This document shows, piece by piece, positions 46,887-54,807 of a DNA stretch of 64,000 nt. The position numbers and the translations under genes were made by a program. The notes below the pieces were generated by a model. It made no database searches. It had not been told where the DNA came from and saw nothing but the letters and a program-made list of their open reading frames with translations. Source of the stretch: an archaeon (GTDB lineage: Archaea > Undinarchaeota > Undinarchaeia > Undinarchaeales > JBDRKL01); contig JBDRKL010000010.1 of the NCBI GenBank assembly GCA_043814055.1, positions 32,001-96,000 on the forward strand, given 5' to 3'. Every line of letters begins with the position of its first letter. The stretch's first letter is position 1.

Positions 46887-48728
46887 ATGAGGAGATGGCT
46901 TGTACTTATCATATTACTTGCATTAATGCCCCTAGCCCAGGCTCAAGAAATCGGCACAGCAGAAATCAGCGTCCCGGCAGTAAGTATAAACGGCACAGGG
47001 GTTATGACTTCTTTGGAAGTTGAGATAATCGAAGGCAAAGGCCGGGTTCTTCTGAGTGCCGAACCCTTGACAGGCCTGCAGACCCAGAACTCTGAGAGAA
47101 TTGCAACCGCAATTGCAGAGGAAAAAACTAATGTTGATTTTTCAAAAGTTGATGTAATTTACATGTTTTTTATTCAGGATGCAAACGCGATTGAAGGTCC
47201 GAGCGCGGGCGCTGCGATGACTGTGGCGACCATTGCCGCTGCTGAGAACAAGGAAGTGCGGAAGGACGCGAGCATCACTGGCACAATTCAGAGCGACGGC
47301 ACAATCGGCGAGGTCGGCGGAGTGATTGAGAAAGCACAAGCTGCGGCAGAAGCCGGGCACAATTACTTCCTGATTCCATACGGCACCGAGCTCCAGCCGT
47401 ACTTTGTTGAAAAAGTTGAGCACCCAGCACCTGGTTGGACAACAACAAGCATTGAGATTGAATACCGCAATATTACAAAGTACGCAGCAGAGGAGTGGGG
47501 CTTGACCATAATCCAAGTGCAGGACATAGATGATGCAGTTGAGATAATGCTTGAGGGCAAGAACTACACAACTGCTAAATTGCCAAAACTTGAAGATGCT
47601 TTAAGCGAATTTTTAACAGTTTCAATTTCTGAAGAGCTTGAGCCAATGAAACAACTCGCTGCGGATTCGCTGGATAAAGCTGCTGTTGATTTGAACGAAG
47701 CGAATGAAGTTTTTGCAGAATATAATGTTAACCCTGACCTGCAGGAAATGCTCGCAATAATACTAGGCAACGCAGAGGATGAACTTGCCCTTGGCAAAAA
47801 AGCCCTTATGAAAGGTCATCTCTACGGCGCGGCTAACCACGGTTTCAGGGCAAGTGTTGACGCAAAATTTGTCCGGGACTCCATTCTCTATAGGGCAAAG
47901 GGCGAAAGCGAGCGAACTAAATTTCTGGGCGAACGAATAAGTGAGGTTGATGGACTGCTCACTTCAACCCAGGACAAATTCTCTGATGCGGAAAAGCTAT
48001 TGAGCGACACAGGCGCGTTTGAATGGGCTCTTGGCGCTGAAGAGCGGCTGGCACAGGCAGAGGAAGAGCTTTCTGAGAAAGCGAACGAGAGCAGCGAGAT
48101 ATTATATTCGCTTGAAATTGCTGAGGCTTGGATTCTAATTGCAGATGATTTCTATGACATTGCACAAGACCAGACGAGCGGCGAGCACAAGGACCTTGGT
48201 GTTTTTGAAAATTTGAGTATTGAGAAAATGCAGAAGCTCAATGCGGAACTTGGGCAATTTCCCAGCGAAGGCGCCTATGGGCCTGAGTGGCGGTACAGCG
48301 TTGCTGTGCGGATGTATGAGAAGGGCTGGTACACTGCGTCATACGTAACTGCAAGTTCTGCGATAAACCGGCTTGAAACCTCAAGAGAATTCAATTTTAG
48401 GTCAAAGGAAGGCATTGTTAATTATGTTGAGCGCGAGATTGGTTCTGTTGAAAAAACTTCAATCTGGGGTTCAATGTACCTTGATTATGCTGAGCTTCTT
48501 ACTTATTACGCAAAGGAAGACCAGAGCTTGGTCCAACTGAACAATGCGCTGATTTACGCGCGGAGCGCGGAAGTTTATAATGAAGCAAGTGTTATCGCAA
48601 GCGAAGCTCCGGATAAGTTTGTTGCGGATAATAATGATTTTGAACTGGTTGTGGTAGTTATCAGTCTGTTTGTAGTTGCATTTGCGCTTAGATTAAGGCG
48701 TTCAAAAAGAAATTTTAAAAGAAATTAG
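46887..48728 (+). CDS. Secreted/membrane-anchored archaeal S16 (Lon-like) serine protease
   Basis: Signal peptide, VPAV, EGPSAG (Ser), ITGTI..GGVIEK (Lys), C-terminal TM. Confidence 0.85.
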   Translation: MRRWLVLIILLALMPLAQAQEIGTAEISVPAVSINGTGVMTSLEVEIIEGKGRVLLSAEPLTGLQTQNSERIATAIAEEKTNVDFSKVDVIYMFFIQDANAIEGPSAGAAMTVATIAAAENKEVRKDASITGTIQSDGTIGEVGGVIEKAQAAAEAGHNYFLIPYGTELQPYFVEKVEHPAPGWTTTSIEIEYRNITKYAAEEWGLTIIQVQDIDDAVEIMLEGKNYTTAKLPKLEDALSEFLTVSISEELEPMKQLAADSLDKAAVDLNEANEVFAEYNVNPDLQEMLAIILGNAEDELALGKKALMKGHLYGAANHGFRASVDAKFVRDSILYRAKGESERTKFLGERISEVDGLLTSTQDKFSDAEKLLSDTGAFEWALGAEERLAQAEEELSEKANESSEILYSLEIAEAWILIADDFYDIAQDQTSGEHKDLGVFENLSIEKMQKLNAELGQFPSEGAYGPEWRYSVAVRMYEKGWYTASYVTASSAINRLETSREFNFRSKEGIVNYVEREIGSVEKTSIWGSMYLDYAELLTYYAKEDQSLVQLNNALIYARSAEVYNEASVIASEAPDKFVADNNDFELVVVVISLFVVAFALRLRRSKRNFKRN

Positions 48729-48729
48729 A

Positions 48730-48756
48730 AAAGGACGGCTCCTTGAGCCGCCCTTT
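48730..48756 (-). terminator. Hairpin terminator between convergent protease gene and metK
   Basis: Minus strand AAAGGGCGGCTC-AAG-GAGCCGTCCTTT then TCT. Confidence 0.65.
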
Positions 48757-48765
48757 GAGTTTTTA

Positions 48766-49926
48766 TTAAATTCCAGCGTCTTTCTTGAGCGCTTCTGCCT
48801 TGTCAGTCTTTTCCCAGGTAAAGTCCGGGTCTTCGCGACCGAAGTGGCCGTAAGATGCAGTCTTCCTGTAGATTGGCCTGAGCAGGTCAAGTGTCTCTAT
48901 GATGCCTGCCGGGTTCAGCTTAAAGTGCTTTCTGACAAGCTCAACGATTTTCTCATCGTCTATCTTGCCCGTGCCCTTGGTGTCTATGTGCACCGAGACA
49001 GGCTCAGCAATGCCGATTGCGTACGCAAGCTGAAGTTCGCACTTATCCGCAAGCCCTGCTGCCACGATGTTCTTTGCAACGTATCTTGCCATGTAAGCTG
49101 CACTGCGATCCACTTTTGTCGGGCACTTTCCTGAGAAAGCTCCGCCGCCGTGTGCGCCCATTCCACCATAAGTGTCCACAATAATCTTGCGGCCAGTCAA
49201 TCCAGAGTCTGCAGGCGGTCCGCCTATAACGAATCTTCCTGTTGGGTTCACGTGAATGACTGTGTCATCGTTAATATAGTCGCCGCAAACCGGCTTGATG
49301 ACTTTTTCCGTGATTGTCTCGCGGATTTCGTCAAGCTCAACTGTGTCAGCGTGCTGGGTTGAAATAACAACAGTTGTAACGTGCGTTGGCTTGCCGTTCT
49401 CGTACTCAACTGAGACCTGGGACTTGCCGTCTGTGCGAATCCAGGGGATTTCCTTGTTCTTCCGCACTTCAGCGAGCTTCATTGTGAGCTTGTGCGCCAA
49501 GCTGATTGGAAGCGGCATAAGCTCAGGAGTTTCATTGCATGCGTAGCCGAACATCATTCCCTGGTCGCCTGCGCCCTGCTCCTTGTGCAGACCCTTGTCT
49601 GCCTCAACGCCCTGTGCTATGTCCGGGCTCTGCTCGTGCAAAGACACGAGAACCGAGCACTGGTCATAGTCAAAGCCAACATCCGGCGAGTCATATCCAG
49701 CTTCAAATATTACCTTGCGCGCGGTCTTTTGCACGTCAACGTAGCCGGTTGTCTTAACCTCGCCTGCTACAAGAACCAAGCCTGTGGTGGCCAAGGTCTC
49801 AACTGCAACGTGCGAGTTCTTGTCCTGCCTAAGCAGTTCGTCTACTATCGCGTCTGAAATCTGGTCGCAGAGCTTGTCCGGGTGACCCTCTGTGACTGAT
49901 TCTGACGTAAATATTGTTTTTGCCAT
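48766..49926 (-). CDS. metK: S-adenosylmethionine synthase, bacterial/eukaryotic type
   Basis: [44 protein letters not shown]. Confidence 0.96.
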   Translation of the reverse strand: MAKTIFTSESVTEGHPDKLCDQISDAIVDELLRQDKNSHVAVETLATTGLVLVAGEVKTTGYVDVQKTARKVIFEAGYDSPDVGFDYDQCSVLVSLHEQSPDIAQGVEADKGLHKEQGAGDQGMMFGYACNETPELMPLPISLAHKLTMKLAEVRKNKEIPWIRTDGKSQVSVEYENGKPTHVTTVVISTQHADTVELDEIRETITEKVIKPVCGDYINDDTVIHVNPTGRFVIGGPPADSGLTGRKIIVDTYGGMGAHGGGAFSGKCPTKVDRSAAYMARYVAKNIVAAGLADKCELQLAYAIGIAEPVSVHIDTKGTGKIDDEKIVELVRKHFKLNPAGIIETLDLLRPIYRKTASYGHFGREDPDFTWEKTDKAEALKKDAGI

Positions 49927-50002
49927 ATTGTATCACCTTCTTTACGAGGAGAACGACCGGAAGGTATAAATAATTTATGGATTATAATATTCTGATTGGA
50001 AT

Positions 50003-50644
50003 ATGGATGCACAAAAAAGAAACAACATAATGATAGCCTTTGGCGGGGTATTTATGATGCTAGGAGCTGCATTGTTCACCCCGTCGCCGCTCAAGATATT
50101 TGCAGTGGTTTTTTTTCTCTTGGGTACAATTACCATAGTTGCGCGTATACTTACTGAAAATTATGGTGAAATAAGTCCTGACCAAGCATTCATTAAAGAG
50201 CCGTCTGAAAAAACAGCAGGTTACTTTCTTGGCATAGGCATAATAAGCATATTGGGAATCCTCTTGATGATTTCCATGATACTCGGCAACCGCATAGAAC
50301 TCCAAGCGAATGGGACCTTTTCATACCCTTATGCGAGTATAGTAAAACCATTATTTTATACATCATTCCCTCTTTTTGTCATTAGTATTATCGTATTTGC
50401 AATCTCTCAAAGAAGGCGAATAGTTGGGCACGGATTTCTGCTACACCTCCCATTTTTGGGACCGTGGGGTGAGAAAACAGGAAGGTTTCTGTTCAGGGTA
50501 TACGGCCTGATAAGCGTAATAGCCGGGTCTGCTGCAATTGCACTAGCAGCCCTGCAAAAACTCCCAGTTACTAGTTATCCACTCGGGGGCATTATGGTAC
50601 TGTTCGGCTTGGCATTATTTTTGTATGGGGGGTACAAAGAATAA
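50003..50644 (+). CDS. Hypothetical multi-pass membrane protein
   Basis: About 6 hydrophobic segments. Confidence 0.65.
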   Translation: MDAQKRNNIMIAFGGVFMMLGAALFTPSPLKIFAVVFFLLGTITIVARILTENYGEISPDQAFIKEPSEKTAGYFLGIGIISILGILLMISMILGNRIELQANGTFSYPYASIVKPLFYTSFPLFVISIIVFAISQRRRIVGHGFLLHLPFLGPWGEKTGRFLFRVYGLISVIAGSAAIALAALQKLPVTSYPLGGIMVLFGLALFLYGGYKE

Positions 50645-50646
50645 AA

Positions 50647-51183
50647 ATGTTGCTTGAAAACATTCAAAAGCGCAGAAAAGCCATAGGGCTCACCCAGAGC
50701 GAACTCTCACGGCTGAGTGGAGTTTCCCAGAGCACCATAGCGAAAATAGAGAGCAACAAAATCAGCCCGAGTTATCAAATTGCAAAGGCCATCTTTGATG
50801 CGCTGGACGCGCAGGAGCACGAGACATCTGCAAAGGCCGCGGACATAATGACGCGGAAGGTTATCACAATAGACTCAAATGACACTGTTCAAACCGCTGG
50901 AAAAATAATGAGGGAAAAAGGTATATCTCAGCTTCCTGTGTTTGAGAAAGACCATTTAGTTGGGATTATTTCCGAGCGGATTATAGTTGAAAACTTTGAC
51001 AAGCCCAGCTTGAAGCAGAAGCGAATCAGCGAAATAATGAGCGAGGCGCCGCCCACGATTGCGGAGAACGCCCCAATCAAGCTGGTCTCAGAGCTGTTAA
51101 AATATAGTTCACTCATTGCGGTTTACCACAAATCTGAGTTCAAAGGCATAATAACCAAGTCGGATTTGCTTGGAGTGATATAA
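50647..51183 (+). CDS. XRE-HTH + CBS-pair transcriptional regulator
   Basis: GLTQSELSRLSGVSQSTIAKIE; ISQLPV, GIIT CBS motifs. Confidence 0.9.
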   Translation: MLLENIQKRRKAIGLTQSELSRLSGVSQSTIAKIESNKISPSYQIAKAIFDALDAQEHETSAKAADIMTRKVITIDSNDTVQTAGKIMREKGISQLPVFEKDHLVGIISERIIVENFDKPSLKQKRISEIMSEAPPTIAENAPIKLVSELLKYSSLIAVYHKSEFKGIITKSDLLGVI

Positions 51184-51221
51184 GAAATCTTTTTATAAGT
51201 GAGAGATGATTAAGAGACGAT

Positions 51222-51363
51222 AAAGTTTGACCAAAGGCAATCAAATTGCTCAGTAGTGCTGCAGCATAACCAATTTGATGCAGCACCTCAAGACACATGC
51301 GAAGCATGTGTTTGCCTCACGCGCTTTGCGCGTGAAGTTTGATCAAACTTTTCATAAAAGTTT
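51222..51363. ncRNA. Structured 5' leader/element upstream of tRNA-Ile
   Basis: 14-bp IR AAAGTTTGACCAAA/TTTGATCAAACTTT (1 mismatch); pseudoknot ATCAAATTG/CAATTTGAT + GTGCTGC/GCAGCAC; hairpins ACACATGC-GAA-GCATGTGT and TCACGCGC-TTT-GCGCGTGA; TATA TTTTATAA at ~51191. Confidence 0.6.
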
Positions 51364-51440
51364 GGGCCCGTAGCTTAGTCTGGTGGAGCGTTCGACTGAT
51401 AATCGAGAGGTCCTGTGTTCGAATCACAGCGGGCCCACCA
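51364..51440 (+). tRNA. tRNA-Ile(GAT), CCA encoded
   Basis: GGGCCCG/CGGGCCC-A-CCA; anticodon arm TTCGA-CTGATAA-TCGAG; T-arm CTGTG-TTCGAAT-CACAG. Confidence 0.95.
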
Positions 51441-51585
51441 CAACCTTTTTCCGGCTTTCGGCCGCAAAAAGCTTGACCAAAAAGTCTCGCTTCGCTCGTT
51501 ATTAAGGGCTTCAGCGCAGCTGAACGCCCTTGCTTTACCTCCTCAAGCAGGCGGAGTGATCAAAATCTCGCTGTCGCTCGTATTT
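51441..51585. repeat. REP-like palindromic cluster downstream of tRNA-Ile
   Basis: TGACCAAAAAGTCTCGCTTCGCTCG and TGATCAAAATCTCGCTGTCGCTCG near-repeats; hairpin AAGGGC-TTCAGC-GCA-GCTGAA-C-GCCCTT. Confidence 0.6.
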
Positions 51586-51601
51586 AAAGTTCCCACCACT
51601 T

Positions 51602-52090
51602 TTAATAATCCCCTTCACCAAACCACCTGTAATTATCAAAGAAATACTGCTCATTGCTCGGATGATATCGTTTCGTGTTCACAATCAATTTGTCGTCGTA
51701 ATTATACCCCTCAACCCAGGTCGCTTTCACTTCAGGGAAGACCTTGTAAACCACGCCGACCCAGTAGAAGCTCTCCACGCTCGGGTCTGCCGCGCTGTAA
51801 GTGTAATTCAAATGCCCAATACCTTTCTCGTCAATTGTGAAAGAGCGCACGCGGCTCGTGACATTCGCAAAGTCCTCAACCGGATGCGCTGCAAGGTATT
51901 CAACAATCAAGTCCTCATTGGTTTGGGGTCTCTCGACAACTTCAAGAATAACATTGGCTTTTTGCTCGGGTTGAATTTCAATAATCGGGATTATCTCACC
52001 AACAATCGGGGTCTGTGCAACCTGCAGAAGCGAGAACAATAACAGAGCTGTTACAGTCCACATTAAAACATTGATGCCACCTTTTTCCAT
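51602..52090 (-). CDS. Hypothetical N-terminally anchored protein
   Basis: N-terminal TM/signal; 162 aa; TATA upstream. Confidence 0.6.
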   Translation of the reverse strand: MEKGGINVLMWTVTALLLFSLLQVAQTPIVGEIIPIIEIQPEQKANVILEVVERPQTNEDLIVEYLAAHPVEDFANVTSRVRSFTIDEKGIGHLNYTYSAADPSVESFYWVGVVYKVFPEVKATWVEGYNYDDKLIVNTKRYHPSNEQYFFDNYRWFGEGDY

Positions 52091-52141
52091 AGTGCAAAAA
52101 TGTCATCAAAATTATATATACTTAACCCCTAATGCTTAATT

Positions 52142-52906
52142 ATGGGTCAAGATAAAAGCAGTGAATACGTGCCGCGCGACCGAAAAGTGGTGAAATCGTG
52201 GTCAACTTTTCTTAATGCATTAAAAGGGAAAATCACAAGGGATCGAGCCAATGAAATACTTAAAAACTTAGACTTGGAGACGCTCATAAACGCTTTTGAA
52301 GGGCATTTTGGGGATACGCCAAATTTGATAAGATTTTATTTTTTTAAGGTCCATTCCGAAGATGTTCTATGGGCAGTTAAGCCAAATGAATTTCTTAAAC
52401 ATTTCAATGCCAATGATACAATAAAAGAGCATGGTTTAAAGCTAGACAGTACTGTGCCTATGCATAATGCCTTAGCTAACAGGTCTTTCAAGTCAATGCA
52501 GCACGTTAGCTGGTCAAATATCATAGAAGAGGTGATTGGTACGAATTATACAATAGGTAGTTCTGGAGGTAAGGGAAACAGACCTATATTCTATGATACA
52601 AACGAAATATACTTGCGGGTTTTAAAGGAGGGCGAATGTTTTGACTCGCCTAGGGTAAAATATTATAGAAGATCTCATGATATTAACAGGAAAGTAACTG
52701 TGGATGGGGGGAACAGGTACTATAAAACCCATATTGCAGACCAGATTGGGAACGACTATATCGAGCTAACCAAATTTGGCCGCGAATTAATGGATACTCT
52801 TGTTTCAGAGGAATTCACAGAAAAGTGGGATGCCTGGCAAAAATACAGGATTCCTTTCAAAGCTCGCATAACAAGCCCTAAGAAGAAGCGGCCCTGGGAT
52901 ACATAA
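52142..52906 (+). CDS. Hypothetical protein (AT-rich; possible C-terminal winged-helix wing)
   Basis: 254-aa ORF; IELTKFGRELM. Confidence 0.55.
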   Translation: MGQDKSSEYVPRDRKVVKSWSTFLNALKGKITRDRANEILKNLDLETLINAFEGHFGDTPNLIRFYFFKVHSEDVLWAVKPNEFLKHFNANDTIKEHGLKLDSTVPMHNALANRSFKSMQHVSWSNIIEEVIGTNYTIGSSGGKGNRPIFYDTNEIYLRVLKEGECFDSPRVKYYRRSHDINRKVTVDGGNRYYKTHIADQIGNDYIELTKFGRELMDTLVSEEFTEKWDAWQKYRIPFKARITSPKKKRPWDT

Positions 52907-52938
52907 AGCATTTAAATTCCAATCCTGAACTACAATTG

Positions 52939-53769
52939 ATGTCAAAAAAAGTTATCAAAAGCGTCGGGATTGTGGCGCGCACTGTGCGGCCAGATATTGT
53001 AAAAAAGGCGCGTGAAGTCCTAAGATTTTTAGAAGGCAAGGTGGATATTTACATTGATGAATCGCTCGCTGAAGCCCTGCGCTACAGCAAGAGGATTGAC
53101 TGGAACCATCCAAAAATGGAGGTCCTCATAACAATAGGCGGAGACGGCACAATGCTATACGGGGAAAGTCTTGTCTCTGGCAAGAAAATCCCGCTGCTCG
53201 GCGTAAAGTGCGGTCGCGTTGGCTTTCTGACTGAAATTGACAAGAATATGGAAGAGCGCTTTGAGAAGCTTTTGAAAGGCGAGTTCTTCATTGAGGAGCA
53301 TATCAAACTGGACATCAGGATAAATGGCGAAGACGTTGGCGACGCGCTGAACGATGTGGTCATACTAACTGCAACGCCCGGCAAGGTGCAGAAGTTCAGC
53401 ATAGACATTCACGGCGACAAGATTGATGAGATTGTAGCTGACGGCGTGATATTTTCAACCGCAACCGGCTCAACCGCGTACGGGATGAGCGCGGGCGGAC
53501 CTCTAATTGACCCAATACTTGACGCCTATGAGATAGTTCCTATTTCGCCGTACAAACTGAGCTCGCGGCCGCTCGTGGTTCCTGCGGACACTCTGTGCAG
53601 GGTCAAAATCCTCAGGGAAAAAGACGCAGTTCTGGTCATAGATGGCGCTACTCAGCACAGGGTTACGCGGAAGGATAAAATAGAAATCACCAAGTCCTAC
53701 AACAAGGCATACTTCATCAAGTTTGAGAAAGACTTTTTTAACAAGATGAAGAAAAAGTTGATTAAGTAA
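52939..53769 (+). CDS. nadK: NAD kinase
   Basis: IGGDGTML, GRVGFL, ALND, DGVIFSTATGSTAYGMSAGGP. Confidence 0.93.
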   Translation: MSKKVIKSVGIVARTVRPDIVKKAREVLRFLEGKVDIYIDESLAEALRYSKRIDWNHPKMEVLITIGGDGTMLYGESLVSGKKIPLLGVKCGRVGFLTEIDKNMEERFEKLLKGEFFIEEHIKLDIRINGEDVGDALNDVVILTATPGKVQKFSIDIHGDKIDEIVADGVIFSTATGSTAYGMSAGGPLIDPILDAYEIVPISPYKLSSRPLVVPADTLCRVKILREKDAVLVIDGATQHRVTRKDKIEITKSYNKAYFIKFEKDFFNKMKKKLIK

Positions 53770-53770
53770 G

Positions 53771-54568
53771 ATGCAAATCAAACGCGAAAAGAATTCTCAC
53801 AAGGGCTCAAACGGAGTAGTTCTGGTCATCGGCGGTTCTGAGCTTTATACAGGCGCGCCAGCGCTGAGCGCGCTTGCCGCGCTCAACGTGGGATGCGACC
53901 TTGCGTATATCGCAGCTCCAAGAAGAGCTGCGGATATCTGCGCAAAGTTCTCCCCTGACTTGATTACAATCCCACTCACAGGAACTTACTTCAAAAAGGA
54001 GCACCTTGCAAAACTCGCGCAGTGGGTGAAAAAGGCAGACGCGCTTGTGATTGGTCCAGGGCTTGGCAGGGAATCTGAAACAATCCTCGCTGTGCTGGAC
54101 TTTGTAAAAACCTGCAAAAAGCCGATTGTGATTGACGCTGACGCGCTCAAGGCAGTTGCAGGGCATTTGGAAGTTCTCAAGACCTGCAAAGCGGTTCTAA
54201 CCCCGCATGACAGGGAGTTTGAGATTCTTTCAGGAACAAAGCCGAGCGAGGCGAATGTTAAAAGTTTTGCAAAGAAGCACAGGGTAATCGTGGTAAAGAA
54301 AGGCGCAGTGGATATTATCACAAACGGCAGCTCAGTTAAGTTAAACTCAACCGGGAATGAGGGCATGACTGTAGGAGGCACAGGGGACGTGCTCACAGGG
54401 GTTATCGCAGGATTAATTGCGCAGAAAATGGTTCTTTATGAAGCTGCAGAGCTTGGAGCAAAGGTGAACGGCACTGCTGGGGACTTGTGCGAGGCAGAGA
54501 AAGGGTATGACTACACAGCCACGGATGTGATTGAGAAATTGGCTGTAGCGATGAAGGGGGCGAAGTGA
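53771..54568 (+). CDS. nnrD: ADP-dependent NAD(P)H-hydrate dehydratase (stand-alone)
   Basis: SHKG, IGGS..YTGAP, IGPGLG, VIDADAL, LTPH, GGTGDVL. Confidence 0.93.
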   Translation: MQIKREKNSHKGSNGVVLVIGGSELYTGAPALSALAALNVGCDLAYIAAPRRAADICAKFSPDLITIPLTGTYFKKEHLAKLAQWVKKADALVIGPGLGRESETILAVLDFVKTCKKPIVIDADALKAVAGHLEVLKTCKAVLTPHDREFEILSGTKPSEANVKSFAKKHRVIVVKKGAVDIITNGSSVKLNSTGNEGMTVGGTGDVLTGVIAGLIAQKMVLYEAAELGAKVNGTAGDLCEAEKGYDYTATDVIEKLAVAMKGAK

Positions 54569-54807
54569 ATAGAAAAGAAGCTGAAAAATTATACAGTAAA
54601 TTGCACAATATTTTTTACAAATCTAAAATATCCCGTGATTATGCAACTGCAGCAAAAGCACTGGTTGAGATGCTAAATATTGCAAAAATTCTGAAGGACA
54701 AAGGCAAAAAAGAGGAAGTTTTAAAGCACTGGACACACCTTCAGATGGAAATGTCCCCGGGGAATGTTGAGCCATTTCAGGAACAAATTGACAAAATACT
54801 TAATTAG
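54565..54807 (+). CDS. Small helical hypothetical protein
   Basis: GTGA overlap with nnrD; 80 aa. Confidence 0.5.
   Translation: MNRKEAEKLYSKLHNIFYKSKISRDYATAAKALVEMLNIAKILKDKGKKEEVLKHWTHLQMEMSPGNVEPFQEQIDKILN

Noticed and set aside
51441-51585. HDV-like (theta) ribozyme in the tRNA-Ile trailer
   Set aside because: CCTCCTC resembles an L3 loop, but I could not build P1/P1.1/P2 in the required order.
51415-51840. 141-aa plus-strand ORF
   Set aside because: Starts inside tRNA-Ile, crosses the repeats and overlaps the better-supported minus-strand gene.
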